Source: a virus
Taxonomy: Duplodnaviria; Caudoviricetes
Virus record (IMG/VR): IMGVR_UViG_2808606757_000001
Span: 1,416-65,415 of that record
Strand: one strand, 5' to 3'
Length of the DNA stretch: 64,000 nt
Each line of letters opens with the position of its first letter. Position 1 is the first letter of the stretch. A program made the position numbers and the translations under genes. The notes under the pieces are model-generated. The model was not told the origin of the DNA. It saw nothing but the letters and a program-made list of their open reading frames with translations, and did no database searches. Below, in pieces: positions 18,624 to 27,049 of the stretch.

Positions 18624-19097
18624 ATGCCACCAGTCATGGACCGAAAATCCAGCACAGAACGCGCCGAACGCGCCTGGCGGCTCAGCCTCCGAGGACGCAC
18701 CTGGCAAGAAGTCGCCGACGCCGAGGGCTTCCGCTCCCGACAGTCCGCGCGAAAGGCCGTCGAGAAGTGGCTGCAGAAGAATCCCACCGACGACATCGAA
18801 CGCCTACGACGCGCCACCGGCGACAGCCTCACGATGGTCATCCATACGCTGCTCGACAGCCTGGAAGAGGCGCACGACGCAGGCCGGCATCGCGACGTCG
18901 CCGAGCTCGGCAAGGTCGTCCTCGATGGACTCGACAAGCGGGCCAAGCTGCAGGGACTGCACATCGCTGTCCCGACTGAGGTCAACGTGAACGTGCAGAC
19001 GATGACCGAGATCCTCACTGACACCCGCGCCCGGCTGCTCGATGCGATCGACGCCGAGGTGGTTCCGCTGCCAACCCCACAGGAGATCGAACGATGA
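18624..19097 (+). CDS. Terminase small subunit (N-terminal HTH)
   Basis: RAWRLSLRGRTWQEVADAEGFRSRQSARKAV, KRAKLQGL; upstream of terL; carries the late promoter motif. Confidence 0.65.
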   Translation: MPPVMDRKSSTERAERAWRLSLRGRTWQEVADAEGFRSRQSARKAVEKWLQKNPTDDIERLRRATGDSLTMVIHTLLDSLEEAHDAGRHRDVAELGKVVLDGLDKRAKLQGLHIAVPTEVNVNVQTMTEILTDTRARLLDAIDAEVVPLPTPQEIER

Positions 19098-19456
19098 CGA
19101 CCGTCGAGCAGATCAAGGCCGCGCGGAAGGCCGGCGTCACGGCCGCCATGTCGGTGGCGCAGGACATCGCTGAGGGCAAGGTCGACACCGCCCAGCTCGA
19201 CGACGCCGTGGCCGCCGAGTGCCGGACGCTGTTCGGGCGCGTCGAGGGCCCGGGTGATCCGTTGTGGGAGCTGCAGGTCGATGTCGCCCGCCAGGTGCTC
19301 GCTGTGGGTGGTGGGGTGTCGTCGGTGGAGCTGGCGGAGTGGACCGCGGTGTACCGGGCCGCTGAGGGTGTGGAGGCCGCGCCGGCCGGGTCGTGGATCG
19401 AGGACGCGCTGGCGCAGTTCGACGAGGACGAGGGTGTCTCAGAACTAGGGAACTGA
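19094..19456 (+). CDS. Hypothetical protein
   Basis: Coupled to terS; RBS AGGAG. Confidence 0.7.
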   Translation: MTTVEQIKAARKAGVTAAMSVAQDIAEGKVDTAQLDDAVAAECRTLFGRVEGPGDPLWELQVDVARQVLAVGGGVSSVELAEWTAVYRAAEGVEAAPAGSWIEDALAQFDEDEGVSELGN

Positions 19457-19560
19457 GAGGGTGCGCCGAGTGCGCGTCTGAGCGAGGTGTTCCCGCTGGT
19501 CGCCCGTCTCAAAACTAGTTGCGTATCAATATTGTGTATCGAAACATTTTGAGATAAACT
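19436..19560. promoter_or_regulatory. Putative res site and promoter of the resolvase operon
   Basis: GTCTCA(G/A)AACTAG at 19436 and 19506; inverted TCTCAG/CTGAGA (19437/19453) and TCTCAAAA/TTTTGAGA (19507/19547); AT-rich; -10 TAAACT at 19555. Confidence 0.6.
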
Positions 19561-19566
19561 CGTGCC

Positions 19567-19785
19567 ATGACCACAATCCAGCTCCCCCGCCTCATCGCCT
19601 CGAACCACGCCGAGGCTGTCGCGGTCCTCCGTGAGCGCCGCGGCATCCTGCTGCAGGCCGCTGCCGACCTGTGCGACCGCGCCGAGCTGTTCGTCGGCAC
19701 CCCCGAGGTGTGCGACGAGATCCTGGCCGAGGCTCGGGCGCTTTTCGCCCAGGCTGAGCGTCACGCCCCCAAGGGGGCGGCGTGA
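19567..19785 (+). CDS. Small hypothetical protein (leaderless)
   Basis: TAAACT-N6-ATG; coupled to the resolvase. Confidence 0.6.
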   Translation: MTTIQLPRLIASNHAEAVAVLRERRGILLQAAADLCDRAELFVGTPEVCDEILAEARALFAQAERHAPKGAA

Positions 19786-20357
19786 CCGGCCAGCTGCTCG
19801 GCTACGCCCGGGTCTCCACCGACCACCAGACCCTCATCCAACAGACCGACGCGCTCACCGCGGCCGGAGTCGAGGCAGATCGGATCTACAGCGACAAGCT
19901 GTCTGGCGCGTCGTCGCGGGAGCAGCGTCCCGGACTAGATGCGCTGCTGAACTACGCCCGCGAGGACGACGTGATCGTTGTCGTCGGCATCGACCGCCTG
20001 GGCCGCAACGCCGCCGAGGTCATGATGACGATTCGGGACCTCGGAGTCCGGGGCATCGTGTTGCGCTCCCTGCGGGAAGGCATCGACACCTCGACCGCGA
20101 CCGGCCGCATGATCGCCGGAGTGTTCGCGTCCCTGGCCGAGCTGGAGTTGGAGTTGCAGCGGGAACGGCGCGCGGCGGCGATCGCGGCCCGGAAGGCGCG
20201 GAACATGCCGGTCGGCCGGCCTCGGGTGTTGAGTGGCGATAAGGTGGCGCTGGCGAAGCGGATGCGTGATGCGGGGGAGCCGATGCCGATCATTGCCGAG
20301 ACGCTCGGGGTGTCACGTGCGACGCTCTACCGGACGCTCGCGGAAGGCGGCGAGTGA
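19782..20357 (+). CDS. Small serine recombinase (resolvase/invertase family)
   Basis: GYARVST catalytic Ser, RPGL, DRLGR, E-ELQRER, C-terminal HTH IAETLGVSRATLYR. Confidence 0.95.
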   Translation: MTGQLLGYARVSTDHQTLIQQTDALTAAGVEADRIYSDKLSGASSREQRPGLDALLNYAREDDVIVVVGIDRLGRNAAEVMMTIRDLGVRGIVLRSLREGIDTSTATGRMIAGVFASLAELELELQRERRAAAIAARKARNMPVGRPRVLSGDKVALAKRMRDAGEPMPIIAETLGVSRATLYRTLAEGGE

Positions 20358-20836
20358 TGACCGACCTGGTGCTCTATCGGTTCTTCGATGCTGAGGGCGG
20401 CCTGCTGTACATCGGCAAGTCCGTCAACGCCTGGCATCGGTTCAGCGACCACCGGCGGAGCTCGACGTTCTACCCCGAAGCCGCCTCGATCACGCTGCAG
20501 CGCGGGTTCTCCGATGAGGTGGATCTGATAGAGGCTGAGGCCGCAGCGATCCGGGCCGAACAGCCTCGGTACAACGTCAACCACAATCGTGAGCACAACA
20601 GCGGATCGAGCGCGTGCGCTGCAGTCGTTCGGCTGGCTCGTCCGTCGACCACAGTGCCGAGGTCGGTCATTCCATTCGGGACCGTGGCGGACATGTGCAA
20701 GGCGGTCGAGTCGCTGAGCGCGGAGCAGATCGAGGCCATGATCCCTGTGGTCGAGGGCGTCCGTTCGCACTATGCCCGACGCAACGAGGATCTGGCGGCC
20801 GAGATACGCGCGCTCGGCTATGAGCCGCTCGGATGA
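20354..20836 (+). CDS. GIY-YIG nuclease family protein
   Basis: VLYRFFDAEGGLLYIGKS...RFSDH...EAAAIRAEQPRYN. Confidence 0.85.
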   Translation: MMTDLVLYRFFDAEGGLLYIGKSVNAWHRFSDHRRSSTFYPEAASITLQRGFSDEVDLIEAEAAAIRAEQPRYNVNHNREHNSGSSACAAVVRLARPSTTVPRSVIPFGTVADMCKAVESLSAEQIEAMIPVVEGVRSHYARRNEDLAAEIRALGYEPLG

Positions 20837-20970
20837 GCGAGTGACCCGCGTTCGTCGAGTAGCTGATCGACCGCCGTCGTGGTTCTGACGGGCTGGCCGG
20901 CCTGGGCGCACAGCGCGCGGTAGGTGGCCAGGGCGCGGAGCTCGGCGTCGATCATCTGGGTGGTTCGCAT
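20818..20970 (-). CDS. Small hypothetical protein (50 aa)
   Basis: MRTTQMIDAELRALATYR...VDQLLDER; below the ORF-track cutoff, read manually. Confidence 0.5.
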   Translation of the reverse strand: MRTTQMIDAELRALATYRALCAQAGQPVRTTTAVDQLLDERGSLAHPSGS

Positions 20971-21032
20971 GATGGTTGGACGCTGGCGGTGGTGGTTCGG
21001 TTCCGTCGTTGCTGAGGGCTATGGTGTGGGCC

Positions 21033-21224
21033 GTGTCTGAGCCACTCGTTCAACGTCAGAAGCCCCGAGGTACCGCCGAGCTGGCCGACATCACCCTGAT
21101 CGTTCGGCCGCATTGGTCGTTGATCCGGACGTTCACGGAGGCGCAGCGGGCGGAGGCTGAGGCGTATGCCGCTGAGCATGGCGCCCAGGTGGAGACGCTG
21201 CCGCTCGCGCCGCCGGGTTCCTGA
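21033..21224 (+). CDS. Small hypothetical protein (leaderless)
   Basis: TATGGT(21020)-N7-GTG. Confidence 0.55.
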   Translation: MSEPLVQRQKPRGTAELADITLIVRPHWSLIRTFTEAQRAEAEAYAAEHGAQVETLPLAPPGS

Positions 21225-21460
21225 TGGCCAAGGTTGGTGATCTGGTCCGGTCGACGTCGGGTGGCTGGATGGAGTTGGCGCCGACGCATTGCCCTGCCGG
21301 CCACCGGTTGGTTCCGGGCCGGATGATCGTGGGGCATCGGCCGTGTGCGGTTCATGATGGGCATCGGACGTGGGCGTGCCCGTGCGGGGCGGTGGCGGCG
21401 TTCCCTGAGGTGGCCGCCGAGTGCGATGCGCAGGGGCCGGGTCGGTCGGTTGAGCTGTAA
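21224..21460 (+). CDS. Small Cys/His (Zn-finger-like) protein
   Basis: CPAGH...C..H.GH.TW.CPCG. Confidence 0.65.
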   Translation: MAKVGDLVRSTSGGWMELAPTHCPAGHRLVPGRMIVGHRPCAVHDGHRTWACPCGAVAAFPEVAAECDAQGPGRSVEL

Positions 21461-21503
21461 ACAGTTCCTTGACGCCACCATGTTGTAAACGTATCCTTTA
21501 CAT
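21456..21503 (+). promoter_or_regulatory. SigA-type promoter and operators of the TA operon
   Basis: TTGACG(21469)-N17-TATCCT(21492)-N6-GTG; two imperfect TGTAAAC-N4-CCTT(G/T)AC boxes overlapping -35 and -10. Confidence 0.75.
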
Positions 21504-21734
21504 GTGTGGATCACTGACAGCGCCCGGAAGCACGGCATCAGCGATGACGCCATGCTCCACGCGGTTGCCAACGCGATCCGCGTAATCGAGCAGGAGTACG
21601 ACGGCCAGGTCCGCCAGCTCGTCATCGGCGCTGACCAGAACGCGCGCCTGCTCGAAATCGTCGTCGTCACCGATGAGCCTGTACGGATCATCCATGCCGA
21701 CGTTCTCCGTCCCAAGTTCTACGACTACCTGTGA
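21504..21734 (+). CDS. Putative type II toxin (RelE/BrnT-like fold)
   Basis: [15 protein letters not shown]...LVIG.D...RLLEIVV...IIHA..LRPKF; toxin-first pair. Confidence 0.7.
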   Translation: MWITDSARKHGISDDAMLHAVANAIRVIEQEYDGQVRQLVIGADQNARLLEIVVVTDEPVRIIHADVLRPKFYDYL

Positions 21735-21741
21735 AGGGGTG

Positions 21742-22080
21742 ATGACAATGAGCACAAAGCATGAGGCCCGTTCGGTCGACAAGGACGTCGATGTCGAGGA
21801 TTGGCTGGACAACCTGGACGTCAACCCGGGTGATGCACGTGACGCCCGGCATATGCGCCGTATCACCGCAGCGGCAACCGCGCTCGCGGACGCTGAGTCT
21901 GAACTGATCGCGGCGGTGGCCGACGCTCGTCGGGCAGGCGATACCTGGGCGATGGTCGGCACCGCGTTGGGGATCAGTCGGCAGGCCGCGTATCAGCGGT
22001 TCGGTAAGCAGTCGGTCGCCGGTCCGATTGGCGCCGGTCCGACTTTGGCGTCGTTCGTGCGTGATGCGCCGCTGTGCTGA
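21742..22080 (+). CDS. Putative antitoxin with C-terminal HTH
   Basis: Acidic N-terminus; [31 protein letters not shown]. Confidence 0.7.
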   Translation: MTMSTKHEARSVDKDVDVEDWLDNLDVNPGDARDARHMRRITAAATALADAESELIAAVADARRAGDTWAMVGTALGISRQAAYQRFGKQSVAGPIGAGPTLASFVRDAPLC

Positions 22081-22094
22081 CCTGGGTTCTGATC

Positions 22095-22141
22095 ACCGGG
22101 GCGTGACACTCTTCGCGGGTGTCCGCCCCGGTTTCGTTTTT
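22095..22141 (+). terminator. Intrinsic terminator after the TA operon
   Basis: ACCGGGGCG..GACAC/GTGTC..CGCCCCGGT hairpin followed by TTCGTTTTT. Confidence 0.75.
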
Positions 22142-22229
22142 GAGCCGGTGCACGTGCTGTCCGTAGTTTTCGTGGTGCGCCCAGGTGGGGTGCGAACTCT
22201 TGTTTCCTCACCGATAGAGAGGCGCGTTC

Positions 22230-22421
22230 ATGCAGCGTATTGAGATTGGCCGTTACCCGGTTCCTGCTGAGGGTTGGGCTGGGTATGTCGAGGGCACTCG
22301 TGACGATGGCAGTACGTGGGTGATGTTCCTCGATGAGTCGGGGAGTCCGGCGCAGTTCTACGGTCGGCGTGAGCCGGATGGTGCTGTGGTGGGTGATCCG
22401 GTGGTGCTCACCCCGGCCTGA
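22230..22421 (+). CDS. Hypothetical protein
   Basis: RBS GAGAGG; 63 aa. Confidence 0.55.
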   Translation: MQRIEIGRYPVPAEGWAGYVEGTRDDGSTWVMFLDESGSPAQFYGRREPDGAVVGDPVVLTPA

Positions 22422-22434
22422 CACCCTCGCCGGC

Positions 22435-22692
22435 ATGGACACAGGCCCCGACCGAATCCGTGCGGCGATCGAACGGGATCGAGGGATGGCGGCGCCCGAG
22501 GTGCGAGTCGAGGTCTGTGTTCCCGGCTGCTGTGGAGGGGGCTCGCCTGCAGTTGCCGTGCCTGGGTATCCGGAGACGAAGCGTCGCCTAGGTGACAGGG
22601 TGTTGGGTTCGCTGGTGTGCCCGGCGTGTTTCCGGTTGCGGTTCAGTCCGATTCATCTGTTGGTGCGGATGGTTGGCATCTGCGATGGGTGA
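22435..22692 (+). CDS. Cys-rich hypothetical protein preceding terL
   Basis: Late promoter motif CAC-N10-CACCCT-N7-ATG; overlaps the terL start. Confidence 0.5.
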   Translation: MDTGPDRIRAAIERDRGMAAPEVRVEVCVPGCCGGGSPAVAVPGYPETKRRLGDRVLGSLVCPACFRLRFSPIHLLVRMVGICDG

Positions 22693-24226
22693 TGCGTTTC
22701 GGCTGTTGGTCGCGGCGCGGGCGGTGGCTGCGGTGCGCAGGTCGCGGCGTCCGTCGTCGCCGGCGGAGTTGGCCAGGCGGTTGGACCCGAAGTTCCGTGT
22801 GACGCCGACGATCAGGTTGCTGTCCGATGTCGCGGTGCGGTCGATCACTGAGCCTGATCAGCGTGACGATGTGAATACGCCGCCGCGGACGGGTAAGTCG
22901 GAGCTGCTGGCTGTGTGGACTCCGGTGTGGGCGTTGATTCCTGATCCTGGGTTGCCGATGAAGGGCCCGGATATGCAGATCGTGATCATTTCGAATGGTG
23001 ACGATCTGGCGCAGGAGCATTCCCGGAAGGTCCGGGAGATCATCAAGGAGCACTCGGATTACCTGGGGTACCGGATCGCGCTGGATAAGACGGCGGTTGG
23101 TCGGTGGCGGGTGGAGGGCTGCAAGGGCGGCATGTTGGCAGCCGGTATCAATTCGCACATCGTTGGTTTCGGTGCGGATTTGATGATCCTGGATGACGTC
23201 GTGGGCGGTATGGCGGAGGCTGACTCGGCGGCGCATCGTCGGCGGGTGCTGGGGGAGTATCAGGGTTCGTTGTCGACTCGTGTGCATCCGGGCGGCAGCG
23301 TGATTCTGGTGATGACGCGTTGGCATGAGGAGGATTTGGCGGGCGCGTTGTTGAAGCAGGAGCCGGATCGGTGGACGTGCACGAATGTGCCCGCGGTCAG
23401 TGAGTCGGGTGTTCCGGACGCGTTGGGGCGGCCGCCGGGTGTGACGATGATCAGCGCGTTGGGGTTCACGCCGCTTGACTATCAGCGTCGGCGTCGGGCG
23501 GTGGGTGAACGTATGTGGTACGCGCAGTATCAGGGTGTGCCTCGGAACCCGGCTGGCGGTTTGGTGAAGCAGCCATGGTTGGACGATTGGCGGTTGCCGG
23601 TGGCTCCGTCGTCGCCGGTGTTCACGGTGGTTGCGGTCGACCCCAGCGATTCAGGCAAGGGCGACAGCTGTGGCCTGGTGGCCACGTCGATGACTGCTGG
23701 TGGTGTGGTGGCGATGATCGCGGATAAGTCGGCGCCGATGACGTCGGATGAGTGGGCGCGCGAGGCGGTCCGGTTGGCGATCGACGTTGGGGCGTCGCAG
23801 ATCACGGTGGAGGGTTTCGCGGCCCGGGAGACCTACACGCGGGTGGTCAACGAGGCGTTGGAGCGGGCCCGGATCCGGCACCTGACCACGACGGGGCAGG
23901 TGTTGCACCCGATTCGGGTGACGTCGTGGCCGCCGAAGGGTCGGCCGCGGGTGGGGGATGCGATCGCCAGGAGCTCGGCGCTGCTGCAGGCGCTCGAAGT
24001 CGGTACGTGCCGCCTGGCTGGGTACTTCCCGGAGTTTGAGGCGCGGGCGATTGCGTGGCAGGCGGGGCAGCATCAGCCGGACTCGCTGGCTGCGTTGGTG
24101 ATTGGCCATGACGAGTGTGTGCACTCGGCGGGCATGGAGTGGGACCTGGCCGCGCCGCTGGATGAGCCGCCGGCGGGTGGCGGGTCAGTGACCTCGATGG
24201 AGTGGTGGCGCCAGCAAGTCGGCTGA
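22685..24226 (+). CDS. terL: Terminase large subunit
   Basis: Walker A PPRTGKS, Walker B LMILDD, coupling motif MTRWH, nuclease VAVDPS and HQPD. Confidence 0.95.
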   Translation: MGDAFRLLVAARAVAAVRRSRRPSSPAELARRLDPKFRVTPTIRLLSDVAVRSITEPDQRDDVNTPPRTGKSELLAVWTPVWALIPDPGLPMKGPDMQIVIISNGDDLAQEHSRKVREIIKEHSDYLGYRIALDKTAVGRWRVEGCKGGMLAAGINSHIVGFGADLMILDDVVGGMAEADSAAHRRRVLGEYQGSLSTRVHPGGSVILVMTRWHEEDLAGALLKQEPDRWTCTNVPAVSESGVPDALGRPPGVTMISALGFTPLDYQRRRRAVGERMWYAQYQGVPRNPAGGLVKQPWLDDWRLPVAPSSPVFTVVAVDPSDSGKGDSCGLVATSMTAGGVVAMIADKSAPMTSDEWAREAVRLAIDVGASQITVEGFAARETYTRVVNEALERARIRHLTTTGQVLHPIRVTSWPPKGRPRVGDAIARSSALLQALEVGTCRLAGYFPEFEARAIAWQAGQHQPDSLAALVIGHDECVHSAGMEWDLAAPLDEPPAGGGSVTSMEWWRQQVG

Positions 24227-24258
24227 GGTCACGGTCTGGGCTGTGGGATGCTCGCGGC

Positions 24259-24564
24259 GTGGAGTCGGACAACACTGAGCAGGTGGCGATCGCGGATCTA
24301 CGCGAGGGCGACGTGGTGCTCCATCCGGAGCGTGAGATGTGGATGCGGGTGCACCGGGTGCGCGACTTTCCGGAGACGGAGCACAAGTTTGAGCAGGGCA
24401 AGTGGCAGCATAAGGAGCGGTCGCTGCGTCGGATCACGCTCGATCCGGTGCATCGGGAGCCGTACGAGATGTTCATTCCGTTCGATCTCGACTACCGCGA
24501 CGCAGAGCAACTGACAATGATCACGCGCTGGACGGGTGGGGAGTTGCCGCGCCAGGCGTACTGA
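24259..24564 (+). CDS. Hypothetical protein
   Basis: IADLREGDVV beta-rich start; fills the intergenic gap. Confidence 0.6.
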   Translation: MESDNTEQVAIADLREGDVVLHPEREMWMRVHRVRDFPETEHKFEQGKWQHKERSLRRITLDPVHREPYEMFIPFDLDYRDAEQLTMITRWTGGELPRQAY

Positions 24565-24597
24565 GCGGCGTCACCGCCTGGGCGTACTTTCCCGGGC

Positions 24598-24969
24598 ATG
24601 GCCTCGGAAACCATCGACTACGTGAATCATCCGCCGCACTACCGGCACCCGTCCGGTATCGAGTGCATCGCGTTCACGCGGCACCTCTCGTTCGACGCTG
24701 GCAACGCGTTCAAGTACGTGTGGCGCGCCGGCGCGAAGAACGGACGGCAGGATCTCGAAAAGGCGCGCTGGTATCTGCTGGATGCGATCGAGCACGCGGA
24801 CGCGCCGTTCCTGCGGTCGTGGAACTTCACTGTCGAGTGTCGGCTGGCCGTGGTCATGGAGTACGAGACAGATCGCGACCGGCGCGTGTTCTTCGACGCG
24901 ATGAAGCGCGGCGACGTGGGCCGGGCGCTGGACGCGGTCAACGCGATGCTCGGCGAGGTTCTCGACTGA
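24598..24969 (+). CDS. DUF3310-type protein
   Basis: DYVNHPPHY...GIECI...GNAFKYVWRAGAK...DLEKARWYL. Confidence 0.9.
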   Translation: MASETIDYVNHPPHYRHPSGIECIAFTRHLSFDAGNAFKYVWRAGAKNGRQDLEKARWYLLDAIEHADAPFLRSWNFTVECRLAVVMEYETDRDRRVFFDAMKRGDVGRALDAVNAMLGEVLD

Positions 24970-25223
24970 TGACCGCGCCGGCTCGGGTGGATGATCGGCT
25001 GGCTGGGTTGCCGGACACGGCGTTGGCTCTGGCGTTGGGTATGTCGGTGGCGAAACCTTCGGCGTCGCATGTGGGTCGGGTGTCGGCGCTCGTCGACGAG
25101 CTGGCTCGGCGCGGGGTGCTCGACGTGATGCTGGCGGCGTTGGGCCCAGAGTTGGCGGCGTCGATCCAGTTGGCGGCCAGGGCGGATCGCGGGCAGTGCT
25201 GGGCCCGATCAGGCCGCGGCTGA
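24969..25223 (+). CDS. Hypothetical protein
   Basis: TGATG coupling. Confidence 0.55.
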   Translation: MTAPARVDDRLAGLPDTALALALGMSVAKPSASHVGRVSALVDELARRGVLDVMLAALGPELAASIQLAARADRGQCWARSGRG

Positions 25224-25243
25224 CGGATCGGCTCGGAGGAACC

Positions 25244-25399
25244 GTGAACAGATACGACGTAATCATCAATGTGATGAACGAGCACCGATGGTCGCATACA
25301 GCCGTCTTGCAGGGCGAATACTGCCGTTGCGGATTCAATGGTGACCATGACGACCACCTCGTGCTGTGCATCATGCGTGCGCTCGACGACCTGACGTAA
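25244..25399 (+). CDS. Small hypothetical protein
   Basis: RBS GGAGGAA; CRCG..H. Confidence 0.55.
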   Translation: MNRYDVIINVMNEHRWSHTAVLQGEYCRCGFNGDHDDHLVLCIMRALDDLT

Positions 25400-25508
25400 G
25401 TCGTCGCTACCGGTTTGCTGGCGACTCGTGACAAATGGTGCTTGCACCACGCTCCGGATCGGTTACATTGGCGGGCGTGACGTTGCTCAGCATCGAGGAC
25501 CCCAGGGC

Positions 25509-26093
25509 TTGACCGGCCCGCAGAGGTGGGAACCGGACGCGCAGATGGTCGCGGCCGTCCTGTCGATGCCGAAAGCGTCCCGCAAGATGACCGAGCTGTC
25601 CGACGCGGACCGTTCCTGGCTCGTCGCCGGCCTGACGCTGGCCGGGGTGACAGCCCAAGACATCGCCGACCGGTTGTCGTGCTCGCTGCGGCTCGTGCGC
25701 GCGATCCGGGCCGAGGACATGACACAGATGGCGGTCGTGGCGCAGGACGAAACCCGCAGGCTCGGTGACGAACTGCGGAGCGAGCGTTGCGATCACTCAG
25801 TGACGCGCCGCGAGTTGGCGGAGTCGCGACGGGAGGCCGACAGGCTGAGGCGGCAGCTCGACCAGGTCGTCACTAAGATGGCCAACGAGGAGCCGGTCGC
25901 GAAGTGCTATCGGGGCCATGCGCTTGTCGGTGACAACGTGTACCGTCACAGCGGCCGCGACTACTGCCGGCAGTGCAACCGGGAGAACACCCTCGCGTAT
26001 CGCGAGCGCAAGCGTAAACGCGATGAACTGCAGCGTCATTCGATCGGTATGTCGCCAACAGTGCACACCGAGTCCGTAGCGTCCGCCTCATGA
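25509..26093 (+). CDS. HTH + coiled-coil + Cys/His Zn-finger protein; candidate late regulator
   Basis: GVTAQDIADRLSCSLRLVRAIR HTH; CYRGH...CRQC; start uncertain (TTG at 25509 proposed). Confidence 0.65.
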   Translation: MTGPQRWEPDAQMVAAVLSMPKASRKMTELSDADRSWLVAGLTLAGVTAQDIADRLSCSLRLVRAIRAEDMTQMAVVAQDETRRLGDELRSERCDHSVTRRELAESRREADRLRRQLDQVVTKMANEEPVAKCYRGHALVGDNVYRHSGRDYCRQCNRENTLAYRERKRKRDELQRHSIGMSPTVHTESVASAS

Positions 26094-26602
26094 GCCTCGG
26101 ATTCACCGCACCGCGACCGACAGAGCAACAGCGTCAGGCGAAACGCCTCGCGAAGATGAAGGCGCAGTTTGGTGTTTGCGACTCCGGGCACGTTCTCTCT
26201 CCGGAGAACACTCACTGGTTCGACCGCGACCGGTACTGCTCCATCTGCGTGGCGTCGGGCGCCGTAACGCCAAGCTCGCGTAGACGCGTCTACTTCATCA
26301 CCGATGGTTCCGGGCACGTGAAAATCGGCTCGGCTCGTGATGTTCGGGTTCGGCTTGAGGAACTGCAGATCGGCAACCCAGCGGAGCTGACGGTGCTCGC
26401 CGACCAACCTGGCGGGCTGCCGCGTGAGCGGGAGTTGCACCGGCGCTTCGCAGAGCATCGTGTTCGAGGTGAGTGGTTTCGGCTCCTCCCGGAGATCGTT
26501 GAGTACATCGCCAGCATTCCGAGTCGCGAGACGCACAAAGTGCCGGAATACGTTCAGATTCAACGGGACCTGATCAAGAAGCAGGAAGCGGTGACCCTAT
26601 GA
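26090..26602 (+). CDS. T5orf172/MUG113-type GIY-YIG protein with N-terminal Zn finger
   Basis: VYFI...VKIG...RLEELQIGNP...ERELHRRF...GEWF. Confidence 0.88.
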   Translation: MSLGFTAPRPTEQQRQAKRLAKMKAQFGVCDSGHVLSPENTHWFDRDRYCSICVASGAVTPSSRRRVYFITDGSGHVKIGSARDVRVRLEELQIGNPAELTVLADQPGGLPRERELHRRFAEHRVRGEWFRLLPEIVEYIASIPSRETHKVPEYVQIQRDLIKKQEAVTL

Positions 26603-27021
26603 ATCACACGATCGGAATGACACTGCTGGTCCTGGCGGTCTACGTGCTGGCTGTAATGCGGTTGGTGCGGCTGATCAACTACGACACGATCCTGGATCCG
26701 TTGCGGCTGTGGATCGCTCGCCGCGCCAACGCGGCTCGGGCGGCGGCGGCTGAGGCCGATGCGGCGGACATGCCGACGCAGTTCGCGGTGTTTGATCGGC
26801 GGATGGCCCGGTGGAACTTACTGGCCCACTTTCTGAAGTGCCCGTGGTGCGTGGGGTTCTGGGGCAGCCTCGTGACCGCTGTGGTGCCGGTGCTGGTGAT
26901 CGGCTGGCCGTGGTGGTCGGTGTTCGGTGTGGCGTTGGCGTGCTCGTATCTCGTGGGGCTGGCGGCGCCATTGACTGAGGACGACTTGGAGATCGTCGAC
27001 GACAGCGCAGACGGCCAGTAA
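26599..27021 (+). CDS. Membrane protein (DUF1360-like)
   Basis: RLVRLINYDTILDPLR...CPWCVGFW; TM segments. Confidence 0.8.
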   Translation: MNHTIGMTLLVLAVYVLAVMRLVRLINYDTILDPLRLWIARRANAARAAAAEADAADMPTQFAVFDRRMARWNLLAHFLKCPWCVGFWGSLVTAVVPVLVIGWPWWSVFGVALACSYLVGLAAPLTEDDLEIVDDSADGQ

Positions 27022-27049
27022 ACACCCAGCTTGGTTACCGTCCTGACTC

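Noticed and set aside
19539-19554. Possible LexA (SOS) box TCGAAACATTTTGAGA
   Set aside because: Several mismatches to TCGAAC-N4-GTTCGA; better explained as part of the res repeats
19782-20357. Resolvase as the prophage integrase or a tail-fibre invertase
   Set aside because: 191 aa with no large-serine recombinase domain; far from tail genes; no inverted crossover pair or inverted tail cassette seen
21004-21025. Second PafBC promoter (CGTCGT-N10-TATGGT)
   Set aside because: Two mismatches in the six-base TGTCGG element; not supportable alone
24230-24261. Late promoter motif before ORF 24259
   Set aside because: CAC lies 14 nt, not 10 nt, from the candidate -10, so it was excluded from the motif set
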